From NCBI RefSeq assembly GCF_963921235.1, contig NC_086108.1, positions 2,108,001 through 2,172,000 of the forward strand: a stretch of DNA of 64,000 nt, in the 5' to 3' direction. Shown here piece by piece: positions 1 to 15,000 of this stretch. The position numbers were made by a program, and so were the translations under genes. The notes under the pieces are model-generated. The model saw only the letters and a list, made by a program, of their open reading frames with translations, was not told where the DNA came from and made no database searches. Numbering within the stretch: position 1 is the stretch's first letter; each line of letters opens with the position of its first letter. The DNA is from Mobula hypostoma. Taxonomy: Eukaryota.

Positions 1-3000
1 GGTAGAGACGAGGGGAGTTGGTCATGGGTAGAGATGAGGGAGAGTTGTTCATGGGTAGAGACGAGGGAGAGTTGGTCACTGGTAGAGACGAGGGAGAGTT
101 GGTCACGGGTAGAGACGAGGGAGAGTTGGTAACGGGTTGAGACGAGGGGAGTTGTTCATGGGTAGAGACGAGTGAGAGTTGTTCATGGGTAGAGACGAGG
201 GGAGTTGTTCAAGTGTAGAGACGAGGGGAGTTGGTCACGGGTAGAGACGAGGGGAGTTGGTCACGGGTATAGACGAGGGGGAGTTGGTCATGGGTAGAGA
301 CGAGGGGGAGTTGGTCATGGGTAGCGATGATGGAGAGTTGGTCACGGGTAGAGACGAGAAGAGTTGGTCATGGGTAGAGACGAAGGGAGTTGGTCACGGG
401 TAGAGACGAGGGGGAGTTGGTCACGGGTAGAGACGAGGGGAGTTGGTCACGGGTAAAGATGAGAGGGAGTTGGTCACGGGTAGAGACGAGGGGAGTTGGT
501 CACGGGTAGAGACGAGGGGAGTTGGTCATGGGTAGAGATGACGGAGAGTTGGTCATGGGTAGAGACGAAGGGAGTTGGTCATGGGTAGAGATGACGGAGA
601 GTTGGTCACGGGTAGAGACGAGGGGCGTTGGTCACGGGTAGAGACGAGGGAGAGTTGGTCATTGGTAGAGACGAGGGGTGTTGGTCACGCGTAGAGACGA
701 GGGGAGTTGGTCACGGGTAGATACGAGTGGAGTTGGTCACGGGTAGAGACGAGTGGAGTTGGTCACGGGTAGAGACGCGGGAGTGTTGGTCACGGGTAGA
801 GACGAGTGGCATTCGTTACGCGTAGAGACGAGGGGAGTTGGTCACGGATAGAGACGAGGGGAGTTGTTCTCGGGTAGAGTCGAGGGGAGTTGTTCACGGG
901 TAGAGACGAGGGGAGTTGTTAACGGGTAGAGACGAGGGGAGTTGGTCACGGGTAGAGATGAGGGGAGTTGGTCACGGGGAGAGACGACGGGGAGTTGGTC
1001 ACGGGGAGAGACGAGGGGAGTTGGTCACGGGTAGAGAGGAGGGGGAGTTGGTCACGGGTAGAGAGGAGGGGTGTTGGTCACGGGTAAAGAAGAGGGGTGT
1101 TGGTCACGGGTAGAGACGGGGGGAGTTGGTCACGTGTAGAGACGGGGGGAGTTGGTCACGGATAGAGACGGGGGGAGTTGGTCACGGATAGAGACGAGGG
1201 GTGTTGGTCACGGGTAGAGATGAGGAGAGTTGGTCACGGTTAGAGACGAAGGGAGTTGGTCACGGGTAGAGACGGGGGGAGTTGGTCACGGGTAGAGACG
1301 GGGGGGAGTTGGTCACGGGTAGAGACGAGGGGAGTTGGTCACGGGTAGAGAGGAGGGGTGTTGGTCACGGGTATAGAGGAGGGGTGTTGGTCACGGGTAG
1401 AGACGGGGGGAGTTGGTCACGGGTGGAGGCGGGGGGAGCTGGTCACAGGTAGAGACGGGGGGAGTTGGTCACGGATAGAGACTGGGGGTATTGGTCACGG
1501 GTAGAGACGAGGGAGAGTTGGTCACGGGTAGAGACGAGGGGAGTTGGTCACGGGCAGAGACGAGGGGAGCTGGTCACGGGTAGAGACGAGGGGAGCTGGT
1601 CACGGGTAGAGACGAGGGGAGTTGGTCACGGGTAGAGACGAGGGGAGTTGGTCACTGTTAGAGACGAGGGGAGTTGGTCACTGGTAGAGAAGACGGGGAG
1701 TTGGTCACTGGTAGAGACGAGGGGAGTTGGTCACGGGTAGAGACGAGGGGAGTTGGTCACGGGTAGAGACGAGGGGGAGTTGGTCAAGGGTAGAGACGAG
1801 GGGGAGTTGGTCACGGGTAGAGATGATGGAAAGTTGGTCACGGGTAGAGACGGGGAGAGTTGGTCATGGGTAGAGACGAAGGGAGTTTGTCACGGGTAGA
1901 GACGAGAGGGAGTTGGTCACGGGTAGAGACGAGGGGAGTTGGTCACGGGCAGAGACGAGGGGAGCTGGTCACGGGTAGAGACGAGGGGAGCTGGTCACGG
2001 GTAGAGACGAGGGGAGTTGGTCACGGGTAGAGACGAGGGAGATTTGGTCACGGGTAGAGACGAGGGGAGTTGGTCACGGGTAGAGACGAGGGGAGTTGGT
2101 CACTGTTAGAGACGAGGGGAGTTGGTCACTGGTAGAGAAGACGGGGAGTTGGTCACTGGTAGAGACGAGGGGAGTTGGTCACGGGTAGAGACGAGGGGAG
2201 TTGGTCACGGGTAGAGACGAGGGGGAGTTGGTCAAGGGTAGAGACGAGGGGGAGTTGGTCACGGGTAGAGATGATGGAGAGTTGGTCACGGGTAGAGACG
2301 GGGAGAGTTGGTCATGGGTAGAGACGAAGGGAGTTTGTCACGGGTAGAGACGAGAGGGAGTTGGTCACGGGTAGAGACGAGGGGAGTTGGTCACGGGTAA
2401 AGATGAGAGGGAGTTGGTCACGGGTAGAGACGAGGGGAGTTGGTCACGGGTAGAGACGAGGGGAGTTGGTCATGGGTAGAGATGACGGAGAGTTGGTCAT
2501 GGGTAGAGACGAGGGGAGTTGGTCATGGGTAGAGATGACGGAGAGTTGGTCACGGGTAGAGACGAGGGGCGTTGGTCACGGGTAGAGACGAGGGAGAGTT
2601 GGTCATTGGTAGAGACTAGGGGTGTTGGTCACGCGTAGAGACGAGGGGAGTTGGTCACGGGTAGATACGAGTGGAGTTGGTCACGGGTAGAGACGAGTTG
2701 AGTTGGTCACGGGTAGAGACGCGGGAGAGTTGGTGACGGGTAGGGACGAGTGGCGTTCGTTACGCGTAGAGACGAGGGGAGTTGGTCACGGATAGAGACG
2801 AGGGGAGTTGTTCTCGGGTAGGGTCGAGGGGAGTTGTTCACGGGTAGAGACGAGGGGAGTTGTTAACGGGTAGAGACGAGGGGAGTTGGTCACGGGTAGA
2901 GACGAGGGAAAGTTGGTCACGGGTAGAGACGAGGGGAGTTCGTCACGGGGAGAGACGAGGGGGAGTTGGTCACGGGGAGAGACGAGGGGAGTTGGTCACG

Positions 3001-6000
3001 GGTAGAGACGAGGGGAGTTGGTTACGGGTAGAGACGAGGGAGAGTTGGTCACGGGTAGAGACGAGGGAGAGTTGGTCACGGGTAGAGACGAGGGGAGTTG
3101 GTCACGGGTAGAGACGAGGGGGAGTTGGTCACGGGTAGAGGCGAGGGGGAGTTGGTCACGGGTAGAGAGGAGGGAGAGTTGGTCACGGGTAGAGATGATG
3201 GAGTGTTGGTCACGGGTAGAGACGAGGGGAGTTGGTCATGGGTAGAGACGAAGGGAGTTGGTCACGGGTAGAGATGAGGGGGAGTTGGTCATGAGTAGAG
3301 ATGAGATGGAGTTGGTTACGGGTAGAGACGAGGGGAGTTTGTCACGTGTAAAGATGAGAGGTAGTTGGTCACGGGTAGAGAAGAGGGGAGTTGGTCACGG
3401 GTAGAGACGAGGGGAGTTGGTCACGGGTAGAGATGAGGGAGAGTTGGTCATTGGTGGAGATGAGGGGAGTTGGTCATGCGTAGAGATGAGGGGAGTTTGT
3501 CACGGGTAGAGACAAGGGGAGTTGGTCACGGGTAGAGAAGAGGGAGAGTTGGTCACGGGTAGAGATCAGGGAGAGTTGGTCACGGGTAGAGACGCGGGGA
3601 GTGGTCATGGGTGGAGATGACGGAGTGTTGGTCATGGGTAGAGATGACGGAGAGTTGGTCATGGGTAGAGACGAGGGGAGTTGGTCATGGGTAGAGATGA
3701 GGGAGAGTTGTTCATGCGTAGAGACGAGGGAGAGTTGGTCACTGGTAGAGACGAGGGAGAGTTGGTCACGGGTAGAGACGAGGGAGAGTTGGTAACGGGT
3801 TGAGACGAGGGGAGTTGTTCATGGGTAGAGACGAGTGAGAGTTGTTCATGGGTAGAGACGAGTGAGAGTTGTTCATGGGTAGAGACGAGGGAAGTTGTTC
3901 AAGTGTAGAGACGAGGGGAGTTGGTCACGGGTAGAGACGAGGGGAGTTGGTCACGGGTATAGACGAGGGGGAGTTGGTCATGGGTAGAGACGAGGGGGAG
4001 TTGGTCATGGGTAGCGATGATGGAGAGCTGGTCACGGGTAGAGACGAGGAGAGTTGGTCATGGGTAGAGACGAAGGGAGTTGGTCATGGGTAGAGACGAG
4101 GGGGAGTTGGTCACGGGTAGAGACGAGGGGAGTTGGTCACGGGTAAAGATGAGAGGGAGTTGGTCACGGGTAGAGACGAGGGGAGTTGGTCACGGGTAGA
4201 GACGAGGGGAGTTGGTCATGGGTAGAGATGACGGAGAGTTGGTCATGGGTAGAGACGAGGGGAGTTGGTCATGGGTAGAGATGACAGAGAGTTGGTCACG
4301 GGTAGAGACGATGGGCGTTGGTCACGGGTAGAGACGAGGGAGAGTTGGTCATTGGTAGAGACGAGGGGTGTTGGTCACGCGTAGAGACGAGGGGAGTTGG
4401 TCACGGGTAGGTACGAGTGGAGTTGGTCACGGGTAGAGACGAGTGGAGTTGGTCACGGGTAGAGACGCGGGAGTGTTGGTCACGGGTAGAGACGAGTGGC
4501 ATTCGTTACGCGTAGAGACGAGGGGAGTTGGTCACGGATAGAGACGAGGGGAGTTGTTCTCGGGTAGAGTTGAGGGGAGTTGTTCACGGGTAGAGACGAG
4601 GGGAGTTGTTAACGGGTAGAGACGAGGGGAGTTGGTCACGGGTAGAGATGAGGGGATTTGGTCACGGGGAGAGACGACGGGGAGTTGGTCACGGGGAGAG
4701 ACGAGGGGAGTTGGTCACGGGTAGAGAGGAGGGGGAGTTGGTCACGGGTAGAGAGGAGGGGTGTTGGTCACGGGTAGAGAGGAGGGGTGTTGGTCACGGG
4801 TAGAGACGGGGGGAGTTGGTCATGTGTAGAGACGGGGGGAGTTGGTCACGGATAGAGACGGGGGGAGTTGGTCACGGATAGAGACGAGGGGTGTTGGTCA
4901 CGGGTCGAGACGAGGGAGAGTTGGTCACGGGTAGAGACGAGGGGAGTTGGTCATGGGTAGAGATGATGGATAGTTGGTCACGGGTAGAGATGAGGAGAGT
5001 TGGTCACGGTTAGAGACGAAGGGAGTTGGTCACGGGTAGAGACGGGGGGAGTTGGTCACGGGTAGAGACGAGGGGGAGTTGGTCACGGGTAGAGACGAGG
5101 GGAGTTGGTCACGGGTAGAGAGGAGGGGTGTTGGTCACGGGTAGAGAGGAGGGGCGTTGGTCACGGGTAGAGACGGGGGGAGTTGGTCACGGGTGGAGGC
5201 GGGGGGAGCTGGTCACAGGTAGAGACGGGGGGAGTTGGTCACGGATAGAGACGGGGGGTATTGGTTACGGGTAGAGACGAGGGAGAGTTGGTCACCGGTA
5301 GAGACGAGGGGAGTTGGTCACGGGCAGAGACGAGGGGAGCTGGTCACGGGTAGAGACGAGGGGAGCTGGTCACGGGTAGAGACGAGGGGAGTTGGTCACG
5401 GGTAGAGACGAGGGGAGTTGGTCACTGTTAGAGACGAGGGGAGTTGGTCACTGGTAGAGAAGACGGGGAGTTGGTCACTGGTAGAGACGAGGGGAGTTGG
5501 TCACGGGTAGAGACGATGGGAGTTGGTCACGGGTAGAGACGAGGGGGAGTTGGTCATGGGTAGAGATGATGGAGAGTTGGTCACGGGTAGAGACGAGGAG
5601 AGTTGGTCACGGGTAGAGACAAAGGGAGTTGGTCACGGGTAGAGACGATAGGGAGTTGGTCACGGGTAGAGACGAGGGGAGTTGGTCACGGGTAAAGATG
5701 AGAGGGAGTTGGTCACGGGTAGAGACGAGGGGAGTTGGTCAGGGGTAGAGACGAGGGGAGTTGGTCATGGGTAGAGATGACGGAGAGTTGGTCATGGGTA
5801 GAGACGAGGGGAGTTGGTCATGGGTGGAGATGACGGAGAGTTGGTCACGGGTAGAGACGAGGGGCGTTGGTCACGGGTAGAGACGAGGGAGAGTTGGTCA
5901 TTGGTAGAGACGAGGGGTGTTGGTCACGCGTAGAGACGAGGGGAGTTGGTCACGGGTAGATACGAGTGGAGTTGGTCACGGGTAGAGACGAGTGGAGTTG

Positions 6001-9000
6001 GTCACGGGTAGAGACGCGGGAGAGTTGGTGACGGGTAGAGACGAGTGGCGTTCGTTACGCGTAGAGACGAGGGGAGTTGGTCACGGATAGAGACGAGGGG
6101 AGTTGTTCTCGGGTAGGGTCGAGGGGAGTTGTTCATGGGTAGAGACGAGGGGAGTTGTTAACGGGTAGAGACGAGGGGAGTTGATCACGGGTAGAGACGA
6201 GGGAAAGTTGGTCACGGGTAGAGACGAGGGGAGTTGGTCACGGGGAGAGACGAGGGGGAGTTGGTCACGGGGAGAGACGAGGGGAGTTGGTCACGGGTAG
6301 AGACGAGGGGAGTTGGTTACGGGTAGAGACGAGGGAGAGTTGGTCACGGGTAGAGACGAGGGAGAGTTGGTCACGGGTAGAGACGAGGGGAGTTGGTCAC
6401 GGGTAGAGACGAGGGGGAGTTGGTCACGGGTAGAGACGAGGGGGAGTTGGTCACGGGTAGAGGCGAGGGGGAGTTGGTCACGGGTAGAGATGATGGAGTG
6501 TTGGTCACGGGTAGAGACGAGGGGAGTTGGTCATGGGTAGAGATGAGGGGGAGTTGGTCATGGGTAGAGATGAGATGGAGTTGGTTACGGGTAGAGACGA
6601 GGGGAGTTTGTCACGTGTAAAGATGAGAGGTAGTTGGTCACGGGTAGAGACGAGGGGAGTTGGTCACGGGTAGAGACGAGGGGAGTTGGTCACGGGTAGA
6701 GATGAGGGAGAGTTGGTCATTGGTAGAGATGAGGGGAGTTGGTAATGCGTAGAGATGAGGGGAGTTTGTCACGGGTAGAGACAAGGGGATTTGGTCACGG
6801 GTAGAGAAGAGGGAGAGTTGGTCACGGGTAGAGACGAGGGAGAGTTGGTCACAGGTAGAGACGGGGGGAGTTGGTCATGGGTAGAGATGACGGAGTGTTG
6901 GTCATGGGTAGAGATGAAGGAGAGTTGGTCATGGGTAGAGACGAGGGGAGTTGGTCATGGGTAGAGATGAGGGAGGGTTGTTCATGGGTAGAGACGAGGG
7001 AGAGTTGGTCACTGGTAGAGACGAGGGTGAGTTGGTCACGGGTAGAGACGAGGGAGAGTTGGTAACGGGTAGAGACGAGGGAGAGTTGGTCATGGGTAGA
7101 GACGAGGGGTGTTGGTCACGGGTAGAGACGAGAGAGATGTGTTCACGGGTAGAGACGAGGGGAGCTGGTCACGGGTAGAGACGAGGGGAGTTGGTCACGG
7201 GTAGAGACGAGGGGAGTTGGTCACTGTTAGAGACGAGGGGAGTTGGTCACTGGTAGAGAAGACGGGGAATTGGTCACTGGTAGAGACGAGGGGAGTTGGT
7301 CACGGGTAGAGACGAGGGGAGTTGGTCATGGGTAGAGATGATGGAGAGTTGGTCACGGGTAGAGACGAGGAGAGTTGGTCACGGGTAGAGACGAAGGGAG
7401 TTGGTCACGGGTAGAGACGATAGGGAGTTGGTCACGGGTAGAGACGAGGGGAGTTGGTCACTGGTAGAGAAGACGGGGAGTTGGTCACTGGTAGAGACGA
7501 GGGGAGTTGGTCACGGGTAGAGACGATGGGAGTTGGTCACGGGTAGAGACGAGGGGGAGTTGGTCATGGGTAGAGATGATGGAGAGTTGGTCACGGGTAG
7601 AGACGAGGAGAGTTGGTCACGGGTAGAGACGAAGGGAGTTGGTCACGGGTAGACACGATAGGGAGTTGGTCACGGGTAGAGACGAGGGGAGTTGGTCACG
7701 GGTAAAGATGAGAGGGAGTTGGTCACGGGTAGAGACGAGGGGAGTTGGTCAGGGGTAGAGACGAGGGGAGTTGGTCATGGGTAGAGATGACGGAGAGTTG
7801 GTCATGGGTAGAGACGAGGGGAGTTGGTCATGGGTGGAGATGACGGAGAGTTGGTCACGGGTAGAGACGAGGGGCGTTGGTCACGGGTAGAGACGAGGGA
7901 GAGTTGGTCATTGGTAGAGACGAGGGGTGTTGGTCACGCGTAGAGACGAGGGGAGTTGGTCACGGGTAGATACGAGTGGAGTTGGTCACGGGTAGAGACG
8001 AGTGGAGTTGGTCACGGGTAGAGACGCGGGAGAGTTGGTGACGGGTAGAGACGAGTGGCGTTCGTTACGCGTAGAGACGAGGGGAGTTGGTCACGGATAG
8101 AGACGAGGGGAGTTGTTCTCGGGTAGGGTCGAGGGGAGTTGTTCACGGGTAGAGACGAGGGGAGTTGTTAACGGGTAGAGACGAGGGGAGTTGATCACGG
8201 GTAGAGACGAGGGAAAGTTGGTCACGGGTAGAGACGAGGGGAGTTGGTCACGGGGAGAGACGAGGGGGAGTTGGTCACGGGGAGAGACGAGGGGAGTTGG
8301 TCACGGGTAGAGACGAGGGGAGTTGGTTACGGGTAGAGACGAGGGAGAGTTGGTCACGGGTAGAGACGAGGGAGAGTTGGTCACGGGTAGAGACGAGGGG
8401 AGTTGGTCACGGGTAGAGACGAGGGGGAGTTGGTCACGGGTAGAGACGAGGGGGAGTTGGTCACGGGTAGAGGCGAGGGGGAGTTGCTCACGGGTAGAGA
8501 TGATGGAGTGTTGGTCACGGGTAGAGACGAGGGGAGTTGGTCATGGGTAGAGATGAGGGGGAGTTGGTCATGGGTAGAGATGAGATGGAGTTGGTTACGG
8601 GTAGAGACGAGGGGAGTTTGTCACGTGTAAAGATGAGAGGTAGTTGGTCACGGGTAGAGACGAGGGGAGTTGGTCACGGGTAGAGACGAGGGGAGTTGGT
8701 CACGGGTAGAGATGAGGGAGAGTTGGTCATTGGTAGAGATGAGGGGAGTTGGTCATGCGTAGAGATGAGGGGAGTTTGTCACGGGTAGAGACAAGGGGAT
8801 TTGGTCACGGGTAGAGAAGAGGGAGAGTTGGTCACGGGTAGAGACGAGGGAGAGTTGGTCACAGGTAGAGACGGGGGGAGTTGGTCATGGGTAGAGATGA
8901 CGGAGTGTTGGTCATGGGTAGAGATGAAGGAGAGTTGGTCATGGGTAGAGACGAGGGGAGTTGGTCATGGGTAGAGATGAGGGAGGGTTGTTCATGGGTA

Positions 9001-12000
9001 GAGACGAGGGAGAGTTGGTCACTGGTAGAGACGAGGGTGAGTTGGTCACGGGTAGAGACGAGGGAGAGTTGGTAACGGGTAGAGACGAGGGAGAGTTGGT
9101 CATGGGTAGAGACGAGGGGTGTTGGTCACGGGTAGAGACGAGAGAGATGTGTTCACGGGTAGAGACGAGGGGAGCTGGTCACGGGTAGAGACGAGGGGAG
9201 TTGGTCACGGGTAGAGACGAGGGGAGTTGGTCACTGTTAGAGACGAGGGGAGTTGGTCACTGGTAGAGAAGACGGGGAATTGGTCACTGGTAGAGACGAG
9301 GGGAGTTGGTCACGGGTAGAGACGAGGGGAGTTGGTCATGGGTAGAGATGATGGAGAGTTGGTCACGGGTAGAGACGAGGAGAGTTGGTCACGGGTAGAG
9401 ACGAAGGGAGTTGGTCACGGGTAGAGACGATAGGGAGTTGGTCACGGGTAGAGACGAGGGGAGTTGGTCACGGGTAAAGATGAGAGGGAGTTGGTCACGG
9501 GTAGAGACGAGGGGAGTTGGTCACGGGTAGAGACGAGGGGAGTTGGTCATGGGTAGAGATGACGGAGAGTTGGTCATGGGTAGAGACGAGGGGAGTTGGT
9601 CATGGGTGGAGATGACGGAGAGTTGGTCACGGGTAGAGACGAGGGGCGTTGGTCACGGGTAGAGACGAGGGAGAGTTGGTCATTGGTAGAGACGAGGGGT
9701 GTTGGTCACGCGTAGAGACGAGGGGAGTTGGTCACGGGTAGATACGAGTGGAGTTGGTCACGGGTAGAGACGAGTGGAGTTGGTCACGGGTAGAGACGCG
9801 GGAGAGTTGGTGACGGGTAGAGACGAGTGGCGTTCGTTACGCGTAGAGACGAGGGGAGTTGGTCACGGATAGAGACGAGGGGAGTTGTTCTCGGGTAGGG
9901 TCGAGGGGAGTTGTTCACGGGTAGAGACGAGGGGAGTTGTTAACGGGTAGAGACGAGGGGAGTTGGTCACGGGTAGAGACGAGGGAAAGTTGGTCACGGG
10001 TAGAGACGAGCGGAGTTGGTCACGGGGAGAGACGAGGGGAGTTGGTCACGGGTAGAGACGAGGGGAGTTGGTTACGGGTAGAGACGAGGGAGAGTTGGTC
10101 ACGGGTAGAGACGAGGGAGAGTTGGTCACGGGTAGAGACGAGGGGAGTTGGTCACGGGTAGAGACGAGGGGGAGTTGGTCACGGGTAGAGGCGAGGGGGA
10201 GTTGGTCATGGGTAGAGACGAGGGGGAGTTGGTCATGGGTAGCGATGATGGAGAGTTGGTCACGGGTAGAGACGAGGAGAGTTGGTCATGGGTAGAGACG
10301 AAGGGAGTTGGTCATGGGTAGAGACGAGGGGGAGTTGGTCACGGGTAGAGACGAGGGGAGTTGGTCACGGGTAAAGATGAGAGGGAGTTGGTCACGGGTA
10401 GAGACGAGGGGAGTTGGTCACGGGTAGAGACGAGGGGAGTTGGTCATGGGTAGAGATGATGGAGAGTTGGTCACGGGTAGAGACGAGGGGAGTTGGTCAC
10501 GGGTAGAGACGAGGGGGAGTTGGTCATGGGTAGCGATGATGGAGAGTTGGTCACGGGTAGAGACGAGGAGAGTTGGTCATGGGTAGAGACGAAGGGAGTT
10601 GGTCACGGGTAGAGACGAGGGGGAGTTGGTCACGGGTAGAGGCGAGGGGGAGTTGGTCATGGGTAGAGACGAGGGGGAGTTGGTCATGGGTAGCGATGAT
10701 GGAGAGTTGGTCACGGGTAGAGACGAGGAGAGTTGGTCATGGGTAGAGACGAAGGGAGTTGGTCATGGGTAGAGACGAGGGGGAGTTGGTCACGGGTAGA
10801 GACGAGGGGAGTTGGTCACGGGTAAAGATGAGAGGGAGTTGGTCACGGGTAGAGACGAGGGGAGTTGGTCACGGGTAGAGACGAGGGGAGTTGGTCATGG
10901 GTAGAGATGATGGAGAGTTGGTCACGGGTAGAGACGAGGGGAGTTGGTCACGGGTAGAGACGAGGGGGAGTTGGTCATGGGTAGCGATGATGGAGAGTTG
11001 GTCACGGGTAGAGACGAGGAGAGTTGGTCATGGGTAGAGACGAAGGGAGTTGGTCATGGGTAGAGACGAGGGGGAGTTGGTCACGGGTAGAGACGAGGGG
11101 AGTTGGTCACGGGTAAAGATGAGAGGGAGTTGGTCACGGGTAGAGACGAGGGGAGTTGGTCACGGGTAGAGACGAGGGGAGTTGGTCATGGGTAGAGATG
11201 ACGGAGAGTTGGTCACGGGTAGAGACGATGGGCGTTGGTCACGGGTAGAGACGAGGGAGAGTTGGTCATTGGTAGAGACGAGGGGTGTTGGTCACGCGTA
11301 GAGACGAGGGGAGTTGGTCACGGGTAGGTACGAGTGGAGTTGGTCACGGGTAGAGACGAGTGGAGTTGGTCACGGGTAGAGACGCGGGAGTGTTGGTCAC
11401 GGGTAGAGACGAGTGGCATTCGTTACGCGTAGAGACGAGGGGAGTTGGTCACGGATAGAGACGAGGGGAGTTGTTCTCGGGTAGAGTCGAGGGGAGTTGT
11501 TCACGGGTAGAGACGAGGGGAGTTGTTAACGGGTAGAGACGAGGGGAGTTGGTCACGGGTAGAGATGAGGGGAGTTGGTCACGGGGAGAGACGACGGGGA
11601 GTTGGTCACGGGGAGAGACGAGGGGAGTTGGTCACGGGTAGAGAGGAGGGGGAGTTGGTCACGGGTAGAGAGGAGGGGTGTTGGTCACGGGTAAAGAGGA
11701 GGGGTGTTGGTCACGGGTAGAGACGGGGGGAGTTGGTCATGTGTAGAGACGGGGGGAGTTGGTCACGGATAGAGACGGGGGGAGTTGGTCACGGATAGAG
11801 ACGAGGGGTGTTGGTCACGGGTCGAGACGAGGGAGAGTTGGTCACGGGTAGAGACGAGGGGAGTTGGTCATGGGTAGAGATGATGGATAGTTGGTCAGAG
11901 TTGGTCACGGTTAGAGACGAAGGGAGTTGGTCACGGGTAGAGACGGGGGGAGTTGGTCACGGGTAGAGACGAGGGGGAGTTGGTCACGGGTAGAGACGAG

Positions 12001-15000
12001 GGGAGTTGGTCACGGGTAGAGAGGAGGGGTGTTGGTCACGGGTAGAGAGGAGGGGTGTTGGTCACGGGTAGAGACGGGGGGAGTTGGTCACGGGTGGAGG
12101 CGGGGGGAGCTGGTCACAGGTAGAGACGGGGGGAGTTGGTCACGGATAGAGACGGGGGGTATTGGTTACGGGTAGAGACGAGGGAGAGTTGGTCACCGGT
12201 AGAGACGAGGGGAGTTGGTCACGGGCAGAGACGAGGGGAGCTGGTCACGGGTAGAGACGAGGGGAGCTGGTCACGGGTAGAGACGAGGGGAGTTGGTCAC
12301 GGGTAGAGACGAGGGGAGTTGGTCACTGTTAGAGACGAGGGGAGTTGGTCACCTGGTAGAGAAGACGGGGAGTTGGTCACTGGTAGAGACGAGGGGAGTT
12401 GGTCACGGGTAGAGACGATGGGAGTTGGTCACGGGTAGAGACGAGGGGGAGTTGGTCATGGGTAGAGATGATGGAGAGTTGGTCACGGGTAGAGACGAGG
12501 AGAGTTGGTCATGGGTAGAGACGAAGGGAGTTGGTCACGGGTAGAGACGATAGGGAGTTGGTCACGGGTAGAGACGAGGGGAGTTGGTCACGGGTAAAGA
12601 TGAGAGGGAGTTGGTCACGGGTAGAGACGAGGGGAGTTGGTCACGGGTAGAGACGAGGGGAGTTGGTCATGGGTAGAGATGACGGAGAGTTGGTCATGGG
12701 TAGAGACGAGGGGAGTTGGTCATGGGTGGAGATGACGGAGAGTTGGTCACGGGTAGAGACGAGGGGCGTTGGTCACGGGTAGAGACGAGGGAGAGTTGGT
12801 CATTGGTAGAGACGAGGGGTGTTGGTCACGCGTAGAGACGAGGGGAGTTGGTCACGGGTAGATACGAGTGGAGTTGGTCACGGGTAGAGACGAGTGGAGT
12901 TGGTCACGGGTAGAGACGCGGGAGAGTTGGTGACGGGTAGAGACGAGTGGCGTTCGTTACGCGTAGAGACGAGGGGAGTTGGTCACGGATAGAGACGAGG
13001 GGAGTTGTTCTCGGGTAGGGTCGAGGGGAGTTGTTCACGGGTAGAGACGAGGGGAGTTGTTAACGGGTAGAGACGAGGGGAGTTGATCACGGGTAGAGAC
13101 GAGGGAAAGTTGGTCACGGGTAGAGACGAGGGGAGTTGGTCACGGGGAGAGACGAGGGGGAGTTGGTCACGGGGAGAGACGAGGGGAGTTGGTCACGGGT
13201 AGAGACGAGGGGAGTTGGTTACGGGTAGAGACGAGGGAGAGTTGGTCACGGGTAGAGACGAGGGAGAGTTGGTCACGGGTAGAGACGAGGGGAGTTGGTC
13301 ACGGGTAGAGACGAGGGGGAGTTGGTCACGGGTAGAGGCGAGGGGGAGTTGGTCACGGGTAGAGATGATGGAGTGTTGGTCACGGGTAGAGACGAGGGGA
13401 GTTGGTCATGGGTAGAGATGAGGGGGAGTTGGTCATGGGTAGAGATGAGATGGAGTTGGTTACGGGTAGAGACGAGGGGAGTTTGTCACGTGTAAAGATG
13501 AGAGGTAGTTGGTCACGGGTAGAGACGAGGGGAGTTGGTCACGGGTAGAGACGAGGGGAGTTGGTCACGGGTAGAGATGAGGGAGAGTTGGTCATTGGTA
13601 GAGATGAGGGGAGTTGGTAATGCGTAGAGATGAGGGGAGTTTGTCACGGGTAGAGACAAGGGGATTTGGTCACGGGTAGAGAAGAGGGAGAGTTGGTCAC
13701 GGGTAGAGACGAGGGAGAGTTGGTCACAGGTAGAGACGGGGGGAGTTGGTCATGGGTAGAGATGACGGAGTGTTGGTCATGGGTAGAGATGAAGGAGAGT
13801 TGGTCATGGGTAGAGACGAGGGGAGTTGGTCATGGGTAGAGATGAGGGAGGGTTGTTCATGGGTAGAGACGAGGGAGAGTTGGTCACTGGTAGAGACGAG
13901 GGTGAGTTGGTCACGGGTAGAGACGAGGGAGAGTTGGTAACGGGTAGAGACGAGGGAGAGTTGGTCATGGGTAGAGACGAGGGGTGTTGGTCACGGGTAG
14001 AGACGAGAGAGATGTGTTCACGGGTAGAGACGAGGGGAGCTGGTCACGGGTAGAGACGAGGGGAGTTGGTCACGGGTAGAGACGAGGGGAGTTGGTCACT
14101 GTTAGAGACGAGGAGAGTTGGTCACTGGTAGAGAAGACGGGGAGTTGGTCACTGGTAGAGACGAGGGGAGTTGGTCACGGGTAGAGACGAGGGGAGTTGG
14201 TCATGGGTAGAGATGATGGAGAGTTGGTCACGGGTAGAGACGAGGAGAGTTGGTCATGGGTAGAGACGAAGGGAGTTGGTCACGGGTAGAGACGATAGGG
14301 AGTTGGTCACGGGTAGAGACGAGGGGAGTTGGTCACGGGTAAAGATGAGAGGGAGTTGGTCACGGGTAGAGACGAGGGGAGTTGGTCACGGGTAGAGACG
14401 AGGGGAGTTGGTCATGGGTAGAGATGACGGAGAGTTGGTCATGGGTAGAGACGAGGGGAGTTGGTCATGGGTGGAGATGACGGAGAGTTGGTCACGGGTA
14501 GAGACTAGGGGCGTTGGTCACGGGTAGAGACGAGGGAGAGTTGGTCATTGGTAGAGACGAGGGGTGTTGGTCACGCGTAGAGACGAGGGGAGTTGGTCAC
14601 GGGTAGATACGAGTGGAGTTGGTCACGGGTAGAGACGAGTGGAGTTGGTCACGGGTAGAGACGCGGGAGAGTTGGTGACGGGTAGAGACGAGTGGCGTTC
14701 GTTACGCGTAGAGACGAGGGGAGTTGGTCACGGATAGAGACGAGGGGAGTTGTTCTCGGGTAGGGTCGAGGGGAGTTGTTCACGGGTAGAGACGAGGGGA
14801 GTTGTTAACGGGTAGAGACGAGGGGAGTTGGTCACGGGTAGAGACGAGGGAAAGTTGGTCACGGGTAGAGACGAGCGGAGTTGGTCACGGGGAGAGACGA
14901 GGGGGAGTTGGTCACGGGGAGAGACGAGGGGAGTTGGTCACGGGTAGAGACGAGGGGAGTTGGTTACGGGTAGAGACGAGGGAGAGTTGGTCACGGGTAG

